39,384 nt of DNA from Bacteroidales bacterium (GTDB taxonomy: Bacteria; Bacteroidota; Bacteroidia; Bacteroidales; PWNQ01), in NCBI GenBank assembly GCA_041641835.1, contig JBEPXQ010000001.1, positions 1-39,384 of the forward strand. Reading direction: 5' to 3'. The translations under genes and the position numbers were made by a program. Position 1 is the stretch's first letter. Each line of letters starts with the position of its first letter. Of this stretch, positions 17,393 to 26,316 are shown one piece after another. The notes beneath the pieces are model-generated. The model was not told the origin of the DNA. It was given only the letters and a program-made list of their open reading frames with translations, and searched no databases.

Positions 17393-18328
17393 TCAAGGCT
17401 CCTTTTTCAGCATTAACCCCATGTGATTGTTTTCAATGGGGAATACATAAACTTTTACAAGCTCAGTATTGTGCAATATCTCAAAATAGAAGGATTTCTT
17501 TTTTTCAAAATCATTCAGTAACTTCAGGTAATCAGTAAACACCTGCTCACCATCGGAATTAATGTCACTTATTCTGGCCTCATCAATACTTTGATGTGAA
17601 ACATTAAGTAGATTAAGAAATTCCTGATTATAGTGTTCTATTTTTGCATTAACAGGTTGTCTGGCATCATTGTACTTCAGCTTAAAGCTGGCATATCCCC
17701 GGTCGATGTTACTGATGATTTTCATCAGGTGCCGCTTTTCATTTTTGAATTTTCCTTTGTAGTGTTTGTTGATACCAGCACGGAGTTCATACATATACGA
17801 CAGCAGGCTGGTTAGAATAACAATGAAGATAACCGGCACCAGGTTGATCAATATAATATTCGACAGGCTTTTGAATTCAAGGTGCTCTAATTCAAAAATA
17901 TTAAAGAAAAGAAATGCCAGCAGCGACAAGCCTGCATTTATCCAAATATGGTAAGCTTTATATGAAGCTGTATAATTTATTATCATGTTCAGTATAAGCA
18001 AAAGGGTAAGCAGGTAAAGACCGTGAGTGAAATTATTATTAAGAAACCCTTCCAGCCAGAAGCTGGTATTGGCAACAGAGAAAACAAGAAATCCCACGGG
18101 GAAGTAATATGCGGCCATCTGCGGGCGAAGACTGTGTGCTGTATTATAACTGATGATGGCTGAAGCGACTACAAATAGGTTTATACCTGAAAAAACGAGT
18201 GAGAGCTTGATCGCACTGAGAAGTAAAGCTATAATGCTCGCTGCCAAAAAGATCAGGCTCACCACTGAAAGAAAGCGGAACCTACGGCTTATATCATGAG
18301 GAAAATATTTTTGCTTTAATGAACTCAT
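17393..18328 (-). CDS. Integral membrane protein (about 6 TM) with a ~120-aa soluble C-terminal domain; sensor-like, function unknown
   Basis: Six hydrophobic segments in residues ~20-185, then a hydrophilic alpha/beta-looking domain (KIISNIDRGYASFKL...VKVYVFPIENNHMGLML). No H-box or N/G1/G2 kinase motifs. The stop lies 2 nt before the Hpt start. The ORF-track start is GTG at 18334; I use the ATG at 18328. Confidence 0.6.
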   Translation of the reverse strand: MSSLKQKYFPHDISRRFRFLSVVSLIFLAASIIALLLSAIKLSLVFSGINLFVVASAIISYNTAHSLRPQMAAYYFPVGFLVFSVANTSFWLEGFLNNNFTHGLYLLTLLLILNMIINYTASYKAYHIWINAGLSLLAFLFFNIFELEHLEFKSLSNIILINLVPVIFIVILTSLLSYMYELRAGINKHYKGKFKNEKRHLMKIISNIDRGYASFKLKYNDARQPVNAKIEHYNQEFLNLLNVSHQSIDEARISDINSDGEQVFTDYLKLLNDFEKKKSFYFEILHNTELVKVYVFPIENNHMGLMLKKEP

Positions 18329-18378
18329 CAGCACAAATGATTTTGCATAAATTTATAAAACTTTCAGCACATTTGCAA

Positions 18379-18386
18379 CAAATCTA
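18379..18386 (-). promoter_or_regulatory. -7 promoter box (TAGATTTG on the minus strand) for the membrane-protein/Hpt operon
   Basis: Plus-strand CAAATCTA is TAnnTTTG on the minus strand, 51 nt upstream of the ATG at 18328. Confidence 0.35.
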
Positions 18387-18618
18387 CAGAGACTTCTCCA
18401 TTTTTAAAAGACAAAAGTTTAATAATCAGCAAATCACAATGTTAAAAAAAAGATGACATATGGTGTTCTCATATAACCAGTTAGGAAGAAAGGGAGAGCA
18501 GTTGTTAAAAAAAGGAATTAAAAAGAGGTTAGTTGAACACGATATTCCAGGTTTGTTGTTGGGTTAATGCAAAGCGCAGTCTAATACATGAAGCGCTTTT
18601 CTGATAAAAGACATTTTG

Positions 18619-18626
18619 TATCTTTG
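18619..18626 (+). promoter_or_regulatory. -7 promoter box (TATCTTTG) for tRNA-Arg
   Basis: TAnnTTTG match ending 11 nt upstream of the tRNA 5' end. Confidence 0.5.
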
Positions 18627-18636
18627 CAAAAATTAT

Positions 18637-18708
18637 GGCCTCATAGTTCAAGGGATAGAATGGGAGTTTCCTAAACTCTAGATCCAGGTTCGAGTCCTGG
18701 TGAGGCCA
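18637..18708 (+). tRNA. tRNA-Arg (anticodon CCT)
   Basis: Manual cloverleaf. Acceptor GGCCTCA/TGAGGCC. D arm GTTC-AAGGGATA-GAAT. Anticodon arm GGAGT-TTCCTAA-ACTCT. 4-nt variable loop. T arm CCAGG-TTCGAGT-CCTGG. Discriminator A. No encoded CCA. Confidence 0.9.
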
Positions 18709-18713
18709 CAAAA

Positions 18714-18745
18714 AAAGCCTTTGTCAGCTAATTGTCAAAGGCTTT
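18714..18745. terminator. Bidirectional terminator hairpin after the tRNA and after the convergent 659-aa gene
   Basis: AAAGCCTTTG (18714-18723) pairs with CAAAGGCTTT (18736-18745). Flanked by an A-run upstream and a T-run downstream. Confidence 0.7.
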
Positions 18746-18760
18746 TTCTTATCAGTTTAT

Positions 18761-20740
18761 CTAATGTTTAACTGTTTGCATGTACTCCCTGTATTTTGTT
18801 TCCAGGTTTTCGAGTTCATACCTCTCGCAAAGGTGAATGATCTGTTTCATGGTATTTTCAGCCATTTGTAATTCCTGTCTGATGTTATTATTTCCCGGAT
18901 CAGCCGTGGCAGCCGGTTTAAGAGCACTAAATATTTGTTGCTGACTCTCTGCTGTTTCTGTAATTATTTCAAGAGCCTTGTCCTTCTTATCCAGCTGCAG
19001 ATAGAGCTCGGCATGCGGAAGACTGAAGATATTATGCGGGAAGCTTTCTTTCGGGATTTTTTCATTGATCCTATTCAGTAATTTCAAGGCAGAATCTTTT
19101 TCATTTCTGCCCATTAATGCTGAAGCAACTGAACCTGATGAAATTCGCATATTATTTATCATATTTTCTGCAAAAGAATTTGAGGGGCGAACTCCTTCCA
19201 GATGCTCAAACGAAATAGTGTTCATAAACAGCTGATAGCTCACCGGGACATTAACATATAAACCGTTTAAAGCCACATGCTTTGGATTCGGATCAACAGG
19301 AACAAGCTTATACGACAACCCATGAAGCTGAAGGTGATCATTCAGATTCATGAAATACCTGAACTCTCCTGACATGCTGTAATGAACCGGATAACGCCAG
19401 TTGTTATTTGCCAGAATATCCAGTATAAGCAGTTCATTACGCAAAAAATAACTCCTCTGTGTTTCCCACACAAGTGAGTCGGACAAGGCCGCTTTGTTTT
19501 CGTCGCTCAGCTTATAAGATTTAAGTGCATTGGCACGATCCACATCAAGTATGAATTGGTTTGTGGGTAAATAATAAATATCTTTTTCACTGGATACTTC
19601 CATCAGATTATCACCAGAAGCAATAAAGCTCACAACATCTTTCAGCTTCATTCTCTTGTTCTCAGCTTTTGCACCTATATAAAAGATCACGCCCATCTTG
19701 TCGTTCTCAAAATCCTCTTCGGAAAAAGAAATCAGGCCGGGTTTTCCGTTATCTTTCATTTTTTCTTTAACCATTGCTATGTACCAGGGGGTATTCAGCA
19801 ATGACAGGTTTATTATACTTACATCCGGTCTCACATTCTTGTTTGCCTGCAGATACCAAAGCGGATAGGTATCATTGTCACCGTAGGTAAACAGTATTGC
19901 GTTTTCAGATACAGAAATTAAAAAATTGCTGGCATTAGTGAGTGTGAATTCATCATAGTTCACCTGCTTAATATATTTTTCAGCAAGCTGATCTTCCTTC
20001 ACACTAAGCATTGTGTGCCAGGCAAACATGATCTCATTATTATATTTCAGGCTTATGGGTCCCGTAATTGTTTTAAAGTCAGGATTCTGTTTCACCAGTT
20101 TTTTGAATATCCGCAGTGCCTCATCCATATTATCGGTAAAAATCTTAAGTCTTTCCTGGCTGATTGTTTCATAACCGGCAGGTTTGTGCTTACTTGTGGA
20201 ATAATCATACTGATGCCTGACAGCACTCAGGGCAAAATTACTGAATGCACGTGCAAGCCCATAAGTAAGTGTATCAGGGAGCTTATCATAAACTTTCAGA
20301 TTATGTATTACATCCCTGTCCCAGCCATTATACCCGTAAAACGGATGTATTTTATATAGACGTGGCTGTACCTGCTGCATATACTTTTGGTAATGTTCCT
20401 GTGCTTTCTGATTGTCATCCACCGGGCGGTAGTTTGTTTTACGGTAGGCCAGTTCTTCCAGGCTCCATATTTGCTGCTTGTTGTATATAAAGCCAGGTTC
20501 GCTGGGCTTAACTTCATACACATACCAGCCCCGCGGGTCTTTGGCAAAGCGCATCATATTTCCTTCTACTGTGGGGCCGTAGCGGGTGAAAAACCAGCGT
20601 GTAACCTGATCATGTGAGGGGAATAGCTCAAGGCTCCTGATGAAAACTTCTTTACTTACCCTGCCGGTATCCTGCCCTGCTAAGGGAAGCATCCACAAGG
20701 TAAAAACGAAAATGCTGATGATTTTAAGATGTTTTTTCAT
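18761..20740 (-). CDS. Secreted hypothetical protein; central region resembles the extracytoplasmic part of DUF2723-type proteins, C-terminus helical/TPR-like
   Basis: Signal peptide MKKHLKIISIFVFTLWMLPLAGQ with no further TM segments. Motif AILFTYGDNDTYPLWYLQANKNVRPDVSIINLSLLNTPWYI (nt 19778-19900). The family assignment is from memory of that motif and is not verified. Confidence 0.4.
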   Translation of the reverse strand: MKKHLKIISIFVFTLWMLPLAGQDTGRVSKEVFIRSLELFPSHDQVTRWFFTRYGPTVEGNMMRFAKDPRGWYVYEVKPSEPGFIYNKQQIWSLEELAYRKTNYRPVDDNQKAQEHYQKYMQQVQPRLYKIHPFYGYNGWDRDVIHNLKVYDKLPDTLTYGLARAFSNFALSAVRHQYDYSTSKHKPAGYETISQERLKIFTDNMDEALRIFKKLVKQNPDFKTITGPISLKYNNEIMFAWHTMLSVKEDQLAEKYIKQVNYDEFTLTNASNFLISVSENAILFTYGDNDTYPLWYLQANKNVRPDVSIINLSLLNTPWYIAMVKEKMKDNGKPGLISFSEEDFENDKMGVIFYIGAKAENKRMKLKDVVSFIASGDNLMEVSSEKDIYYLPTNQFILDVDRANALKSYKLSDENKAALSDSLVWETQRSYFLRNELLILDILANNNWRYPVHYSMSGEFRYFMNLNDHLQLHGLSYKLVPVDPNPKHVALNGLYVNVPVSYQLFMNTISFEHLEGVRPSNSFAENMINNMRISSGSVASALMGRNEKDSALKLLNRINEKIPKESFPHNIFSLPHAELYLQLDKKDKALEIITETAESQQQIFSALKPAATADPGNNNIRQELQMAENTMKQIIHLCERYELENLETKYREYMQTVKH

Positions 20741-20783
20741 AGTACAGATATTTCGATGTTAGTTTTCGGGTCAGGTTTAATCA

Positions 20784-22826
20784 CTAGCTTACCTGCGCAC
20801 CGTTTTCAGCTTTCTCATCCGGGCTCACAAAATACAATGACCCGTCAGCATTATTGGCCATTAGTACCATCCCCTGCGATTCAATGCCTTTTAATTTTCG
20901 TGGAGCCAGATTAGCAACTACCGTTACTCTCCTGCCAATTATATCAGCAGGATCATGAAACTTAGCTATTCCGGCTACTATAGTGCGCTTTTCAATCCCA
21001 ATATCCACCTTCAGTTTCAGAAGCTTACCTGTTTTTGGGATTTTCTCAGCCTCCAGAATTGTTCCTGCACGCAAATCAGGCTTCACAAAATCATCATAGG
21101 TGATGGTTTCCTTTATTGGCTCAGCGTGTTGCTCAGCCTTTTCATTTTCTTCTTTAACCTGCTGTAGCTTATCGTACTGCGCCTGTATTTCTTTATCCTC
21201 CACGGGTGAAAACAGGTGTTCTGCCTTATTGATCTCATGGCCGGATTGAATAAGATTGCTGTTATTCAATTCATCCCAGCTTCTGTCAGGCAGATTCATC
21301 ATCATCTTCATTTTATTCGAAGTAAACGGCAGGAAAGGCTCGCACACGTATGCCAGCTGCGTAGCTATCTGCAATGCCACATACATGATGGTTTTCACCC
21401 GTTCTTCATCAGTTTTCACAAGTTTCCAGGGCTCATTATCTGCCAGATACTTGTTTCCCAGTCTTGCCAGTTTCATCATTTCCTGCAGCGCTTCGCGGAA
21501 GCGGTAACGTTCGATTCTGTCTGCAACTGCTTCGGGAAATTTAGCTATCTGATCAAGGATTGCCTTGTCTTCACCAGTGAATTCCGAAGGCTCAGGAACT
21601 ATCTGGTCGTAATATTTTTTAGTGAGTACCAGTGCCCGGTTCACAAAATTACCAAACACAGCCACCAGCTCGTTGTTATTTCTGGCCTGGAAATCCTTCC
21701 AGGTAAAGTCGTTATCTTTACTTTCGGGGGCATTGGCAGTGAGCACATAGCGTAGCACATCCTGTTTGTCCTTAAAGTCTTCGAGGTATTCGTGCAGCCA
21801 AACGGCCCAGTTGCGCGAGGTGGATATCTTTTGCCCTTCCAGGTTCAGGAATTCATTGGCCGGAACATTATCTGGCAGGATATAGCTACCTTCTGCCTTG
21901 AGCATAGTTGGGAAAATAATGCAGTGGAAAACGATGTTGTCCTTTCCAATGAAATGCACAAGTTTGGTGTCTTTATCTTTCCAGTATTTTTCCCATTCAT
22001 CGGTTAATTCGCGTGTGGCTGAAATATAGCCTATCGGGGCATCAAACCACACGTAGAGCACTTTGCCTTCAGCTTCCTCCAAAGGTACTTTCACACCCCA
22101 GTTCAAATCGCGGGTTACCGCCCGCGGGTTCAATCCGGTATCCAGCCACGACTTGCATTGCCCGTAAACATTTACCTTCCAATCGTCCTTATGGCCTTCA
22201 AGTATCCATTCCCTTAGCCATCCTTCATATTGATCCAGTGGCAGATACCAGTGTTTAGTGGTTTTTTTCACCGGCTTTGCGCCACTTAGTTTTGAAACCG
22301 GATTGATCAGTTCCAGTGGGCTGAGAGATGTTCCGCAGCTTTCGCACTGATCGCCATAAGCTTTTTCATAGCCACAGCTGGGGCAGGTTCCGGTAATATA
22401 GCGGTCGGCCAGAAACTGTTCTGCTTCGGTGTCGTAGTATTGCTCGGTGGTTTTTTCTGTCAGCTTTCCCTCTTCATATAGTTTTTTGAAAAATGCTGAA
22501 GATGTTTCGTGATGCACTTTTGCAGAAGTCCGTGAATACACATCAAAAGAAATACCCAGGTCATCAAAAGATTTTTTGATCATATTATGATAACGGTCAA
22601 CGATCTGCTGGGGTGTTTTCCCTTCATTTTTTGCTTTGATGGTGATCGGTACGCCATGTTCATCAGAACCACCGATAAAGGCCACATCTTCTTTTTTTGC
22701 CCTGAGATAGCGTACGTAAATATCCGCCGGGACATACACGCCTGCGAGGTGGCCAATGTGTACAGGACCATTAGCATATGGCAGAGCAGTTGTTACATTA
22801 TAACGTTTTGGTTTCTTTATTGACAT
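20784..22826 (-). CDS. metG: Methionine--tRNA ligase with C-terminal tRNA-binding (Trbp111/EMAP-like) domain
   Basis: HIGH motif ([12 protein letters not shown]). Zn knuckle [23 protein letters not shown] variant (KISTSRN). C-terminal [14 protein letters not shown]...GIESQGMVL. Start set to the ATG at 22826 ([12 protein letters not shown]...) rather than the 21-codon upstream extension. Confidence 0.95.
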   Translation of the reverse strand: MSIKKPKRYNVTTALPYANGPVHIGHLAGVYVPADIYVRYLRAKKEDVAFIGGSDEHGVPITIKAKNEGKTPQQIVDRYHNMIKKSFDDLGISFDVYSRTSAKVHHETSSAFFKKLYEEGKLTEKTTEQYYDTEAEQFLADRYITGTCPSCGYEKAYGDQCESCGTSLSPLELINPVSKLSGAKPVKKTTKHWYLPLDQYEGWLREWILEGHKDDWKVNVYGQCKSWLDTGLNPRAVTRDLNWGVKVPLEEAEGKVLYVWFDAPIGYISATRELTDEWEKYWKDKDTKLVHFIGKDNIVFHCIIFPTMLKAEGSYILPDNVPANEFLNLEGQKISTSRNWAVWLHEYLEDFKDKQDVLRYVLTANAPESKDNDFTWKDFQARNNNELVAVFGNFVNRALVLTKKYYDQIVPEPSEFTGEDKAILDQIAKFPEAVADRIERYRFREALQEMMKLARLGNKYLADNEPWKLVKTDEERVKTIMYVALQIATQLAYVCEPFLPFTSNKMKMMMNLPDRSWDELNNSNLIQSGHEINKAEHLFSPVEDKEIQAQYDKLQQVKEENEKAEQHAEPIKETITYDDFVKPDLRAGTILEAEKIPKTGKLLKLKVDIGIEKRTIVAGIAKFHDPADIIGRRVTVVANLAPRKLKGIESQGMVLMANNADGSLYFVSPDEKAENGAQVS

Positions 22827-22860
22827 AGCTTCAGCTTCCTTCTGTCTGTATGAAAAATTA

Positions 22861-22868
22861 TATTTTTG
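22861..22868 (+). promoter_or_regulatory. -7 promoter box (TATTTTTG) for the LD-carboxypeptidase gene
   Basis: TAnnTTTG match 33 nt upstream of the ATG at 22902. It overlaps the TTG that the ORF track used as start, which argues against that start. Confidence 0.4.
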
Positions 22869-22901
22869 GCAAAGATAAGGAAACATCAAAACCCGGAACA
22901 G

Positions 22902-23822
22902 ATGAATGACAAGATGAAAAGGCCCCCACTACTGAATAAGGGCGATAAAATCGGGATTATTTCCACGGCCAGGAAAATCTCAACGGAGGAAATAGCGCCA
23001 GCAATTAAAATATTTGAAAACTGGGGGTTGCAGGTTGTTAAAGGAAAAAACCTGCACCAGAGTTTTCATCAGTTTTCCGGAACCGATGAACAGCGCAGGC
23101 AGGATCTGCAGCAAATGTTGGATGACCCGCAGATAAAAGCCATAATCTGCTCCAGGGGCGGATATGGTACAGCCAGGATAATTGATGATATCGACTTTTC
23201 TTCATTTGCTGAAAATCCCAAGTGGATTTCAGGGTACAGTGATGTTACAGCACTGCATTCACATATCCAACGTCACTACAAAGTGGAAACACTCCATGCC
23301 TCCATGCCTTTAAACTTTCCGCCAGACGGAAGTATGAATGATTCCCTACTTTCGCTTAAAAAAGCACTGTTCCACGGGGAACTTGAATACGAACTCCACG
23401 ATTTTGAGGTTTTTAATGACACTGGGTTTGAAGAAATCAGTGGAACTCTCACGGGCGGAAACCTGTCAATGCTCTACAGCCTCATTGGCTCCGGATCGGA
23501 TATTAATGTTGAAGGAAAAATTTTATTCATCGAAGACCTGGATGAATACCTTTATCATGTTGACAGGATGATGCTTAACCTGAGGCGATCCGGGAAGTTC
23601 AGCGGCATAAAAGCATTACTTGTGGGTTGGATGAGTGATATGAATGATAATCCAATTCCCTTCGGACGCGATGCACATCAGATTATACAGGATAATACAG
23701 ATGGGCTTGACTTCCCGGTAATTTTCGGAATGCCTGCGGGCCACCTGGAGCCTAATCTGGCGTTAATTATGGGAAGAAAAATTAGGATTAGTCGTAAAAA
23801 CATGCTACTTTTAAATATGTGA
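22902..23822 (+). CDS. ldcA: LD-carboxypeptidase (peptidase S66, muramoyltetrapeptide carboxypeptidase)
   Basis: [22 protein letters not shown], nucleophile context [26 protein letters not shown]. The start could instead be the ATG at 22914. Confidence 0.82.
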   Translation: MNDKMKRPPLLNKGDKIGIISTARKISTEEIAPAIKIFENWGLQVVKGKNLHQSFHQFSGTDEQRRQDLQQMLDDPQIKAIICSRGGYGTARIIDDIDFSSFAENPKWISGYSDVTALHSHIQRHYKVETLHASMPLNFPPDGSMNDSLLSLKKALFHGELEYELHDFEVFNDTGFEEISGTLTGGNLSMLYSLIGSGSDINVEGKILFIEDLDEYLYHVDRMMLNLRRSGKFSGIKALLVGWMSDMNDNPIPFGRDAHQIIQDNTDGLDFPVIFGMPAGHLEPNLALIMGRKIRISRKNMLLLNM

Positions 23823-23840
23823 AACTAAAAGCAGACACAT

Positions 23841-24203
23841 ATGGCAGATCATTATGACCTTGGGGTGCAGGGCGAGGAAATTGCCGCGGAACATCTCATG
23901 AAAAAGGATTACAAAATACTGGAAAGAAACTGGCGCTTTGGAAAGGAAGAAATCGACATCATCGCGAAAAAAGATGATATGATAGTGTTTGTAGAAGTGA
24001 AAACCCGGGGGTCTGCCTTTTTCGGCAGACCGGAGGAGTTTGTAAAGCGTCAGAAACAGCGTTTCATTATAAGGGCAGCCAATGCCTATATTGAAAGGCA
24101 TAACGTAAATGAAGAAGCACGCTTTGATGTTATTGGTGTAATATTAAGCAGCAGGGAAAAAGACATCAATCATATCGAAGATGCCTTTGCCCCTATTTTG
24201 TAA
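23841..24203 (+). CDS. yraN: YraN family (UPF0102) predicted endonuclease
   Basis: 120 aa. GEEIAAEHLMKKDYKILERNWR, EIDIIAKKDDMIVFVEVKTR and RFDVIGV are typical of the family. Confidence 0.85.
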   Translation: MADHYDLGVQGEEIAAEHLMKKDYKILERNWRFGKEEIDIIAKKDDMIVFVEVKTRGSAFFGRPEEFVKRQKQRFIIRAANAYIERHNVNEEARFDVIGVILSSREKDINHIEDAFAPIL

Positions 24204-24206
24204 GAT

Positions 24207-25334
24207 TTATTCTTTTTCAGAAGGAAAAACCAGCAATGGTGTTTTCGTGTGGAAAACCATCCGGCGTGCGATCCCGGGATAAAGCAAACGGGTGATAAGG
24301 TTTCTTTTGTGGGAAACCAGCGACAACAGGTGGATGTCATTTTTCTCCACATAATCGTTTACCTCTTCCACAGCCTTTTTGCCTGTGCAAATGATGCTTT
24401 TTCCTGAAAAGGTAGCTTTTTCAAAACGGCGGAAAAACTCCTGAAGTGTCTGCATCTGGTATTTATCCGCTTCGGTTTGTTCCTTCTCGCATATCTGAAG
24501 AATATGAATATTGGCTCCTTGTATAGGTGCCACCAGCCGCATGAGGTTTTTTACTGCATTCAGGTCACCCGGATCATAAGAAGTGACATAGGCTATGTTC
24601 TTAATGTCGCTTACATGCGGTTTGGTAAACTGCTCGGGGATAGCCAGTACAGGGTTTTCCGCTGATTCTATAACACTTGCGGTTACTGACCCGATCAGTG
24701 TGTTTTCTTTTTCATCATCATGCCGGATGGGCATCACAATTACATTAGGCTTATATTGCTTGCCAATCCGGACTATTTCTGAAGCCGGATCTCCCATGGT
24801 AAGGAAATAGTCCACATCCACGCCAGAGATTTTCTTGTTTTTAATTTGCCGCTTCAGGTCATTGCTCATCTCCTCCAGCTGTGTTCTGGCTTTGATATGC
24901 AAATCGCGCAGGTAGCCGGACATGGCATCCTGATAGGTTGTGGTTTCATTGAGCGGTGCGGTGCCTACTGTCGGATTAAAATAGGCGTGCATCAGTTTGA
25001 TATCAGCATTGATCTTATCGGCCAGAGTAACTGCGAATCCCGCTGCACGTTCTGAAACGCCGGTGAAATCAACCGGAATCAGTATTCTGTCAAGATCCTT
25101 TTTCCCCAGCTCTTCCACTTCATCCGGGCCGTATTCTTGTTCCATATGCCGGAGCAAACGCATGGCAACCTGCAGGTCTTTTTCCCTGACCTTAACTTTT
25201 GCTGCCGGAACCGAGCCCTTAATCTGGTTGAGGTTAGTTAATATTGATTCAACATTTTCACTTGCCAGGCGTGCTCTTAACAGCTGAGCCCTGGTGTTTG
25301 AAAGTTTAGTTAGGGTGATTAATTTTTCTGCCAT
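24207..25334 (-). CDS. Tandem universal stress protein (two UspA domains) with a small N-terminal DUF2007-like domain
   Basis: Two repeats of the USP pattern (ILIPVDFTGVSERAAGFA ... GSVTASVIESAENPVLAIP and IAYVTSYDPGD ... PGIARRMVFHTKTPLLVFP). The N-terminal ~65 aa resemble the putative signal-transducing DUF2007 fold; that part is low confidence. Confidence 0.7.
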   Translation of the reverse strand: MAEKLITLTKLSNTRAQLLRARLASENVESILTNLNQIKGSVPAAKVKVREKDLQVAMRLLRHMEQEYGPDEVEELGKKDLDRILIPVDFTGVSERAAGFAVTLADKINADIKLMHAYFNPTVGTAPLNETTTYQDAMSGYLRDLHIKARTQLEEMSNDLKRQIKNKKISGVDVDYFLTMGDPASEIVRIGKQYKPNVIVMPIRHDDEKENTLIGSVTASVIESAENPVLAIPEQFTKPHVSDIKNIAYVTSYDPGDLNAVKNLMRLVAPIQGANIHILQICEKEQTEADKYQMQTLQEFFRRFEKATFSGKSIICTGKKAVEEVNDYVEKNDIHLLSLVSHKRNLITRLLYPGIARRMVFHTKTPLLVFPSEKE

Positions 25335-25453
25335 AGTTCGCTTCCTTTTATATAAAATAACAGCAGAGAGGAAAAAACGTTTAAGCTATTAGGTCTCTTT
25401 CTCTTCCTTTGATAAGCAATTAAGCAAGTTTATTTTCACAAATCAGGGTTTTA

Positions 25454-25461
25454 TATCTTTG
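25454..25461 (+). promoter_or_regulatory. -7 promoter box (TATCTTTG) for the pseudouridine synthase gene
   Basis: TAnnTTTG match 44 nt upstream of the ATG. It is the same TATCTTTGCA context as the tRNA promoter box. Confidence 0.45.
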
Positions 25462-25505
25462 CAGAAGTTGACGAACTGTTTTCGTTAAATTAATTAACTA
25501 AAAAT

Positions 25506-26273
25506 ATGGTGAAGAAAAAGCCGGTAAAAAACCAGGAAAAAAGAGAAAAAACTCAGGAGAAAGACTTTGTCAGACTCAATAAATTTATTGCCAATTCGGG
25601 GGTGTGTTCACGCCGGGAAGCTGACAAGCTGATAGAATCAGGTAAGATAAAAGTCAATGGTAAAGTAGTAACCGAGCTGGGCACCAAAGTAAAGGATCAT
25701 GATCATGTGCAGTATGGTAATAAGAACCTGAAGCAGGAAAAGCTGCGATATATCCTGCTGAACAAAACCAAAGATGTTATCACAACCATGCACGATCCTG
25801 AAGGTAGAAAAACCGTGTATGATCTTACGAAAAAGGCATGTACCGAAAGAATTGTACCGGTGGGGCGACTCGACCGTAATACCACAGGCCTGCTTCTGCT
25901 TACCAATGACGGTAATCTGGCTGATAAGCTTACTCACCCCAGCTCCGACATCAGAAAAATCTATGAAGTACATCTGGATAAACCGGTGCCTAAATCTGAT
26001 TTGGTGAAGATAACCGAAGGCTTTGAACTGGAAGATGGCTTTATACAGGCAGATGCAGTGGCCTGGGTTAAACCGGAAGTAGATAAAAGCATCATAGGCA
26101 TCGAAATTCACTCAGGGCGAAACCGGATCGTTCGAAGAATTTTTGAGCACCTGGGATACGATGTGAAAAAACTTGATCGCACTCAGTTTGCTTCGCTCAC
26201 CAAAAAAGATTTACCCAGGGGAAGATGGCGACCTCTTACTCATAAAGAGATCAACTATCTTAAAATGCTATAA
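25506..26273 (+). CDS. rluB: rRNA pseudouridine synthase, RsuA/RluB family, with S4 domain and Lys-rich N-terminal extension
   Basis: S4 domain RLNKFIANSGVCSRREADKLIESGKIKVNG. Catalytic motif GRLDRNTTGLLLLTNDG. HPS and KIYEV motifs. Confidence 0.88.
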   Translation: MVKKKPVKNQEKREKTQEKDFVRLNKFIANSGVCSRREADKLIESGKIKVNGKVVTELGTKVKDHDHVQYGNKNLKQEKLRYILLNKTKDVITTMHDPEGRKTVYDLTKKACTERIVPVGRLDRNTTGLLLLTNDGNLADKLTHPSSDIRKIYEVHLDKPVPKSDLVKITEGFELEDGFIQADAVAWVKPEVDKSIIGIEIHSGRNRIVRRIFEHLGYDVKKLDRTQFASLTKKDLPRGRWRPLTHKEINYLKML

Positions 26274-26316
26274 TATTTACTTCATCAAAATAGTTATTTA
26301 GATATACCTTTGAATT

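Noticed and set aside
18637-18760. tRNA-Arg as a possible integration site for a genomic island.
   Set aside because: No integrase lies nearby. I noticed no direct repeat of the tRNA 3' end downstream. The flanking genes (metG, a conserved secreted protein) look like core genome.
21216-21755. 179-aa ORF antisense to metG, plus other antisense ORFs at 21256-21507, 22013-22258 and 22587-22823.
   Set aside because: These are shadow ORFs inside metG, with no recognisable domains.
22866-22901. N-terminal extensions created by TTG/GTG starts in the ORF track (22866 ldcA, 33838 GH3, 31427 hemW, 22889 metG, 15552 receiver, 15011 rrf2, 10369 nlpC, 6161 ispG, 18334 and 17396).
   Set aside because: In each case an in-frame ATG downstream gives the N-terminus typical of the family. 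For ldcA, GH3 and rrf2 the extension would overlap the predicted -7 promoter box. The TTG at 28927 (sensor kinase) was kept because no alternative start precedes TM1.
25638-26111. 157-aa ORF antisense to the pseudouridine synthase gene.
   Set aside because: It is a shadow ORF inside a well-supported gene.
26305-26312. TACCTTTG box matching TAnnTTTG just upstream of the asmA-like gene.
   Set aside because: It ends only 4 nt before the ATG at 26317, too close for the usual -7 geometry unless the mRNA is leaderless or the true start is Met14 (26356). I cannot decide from sequence, so it is not called as a promoter.
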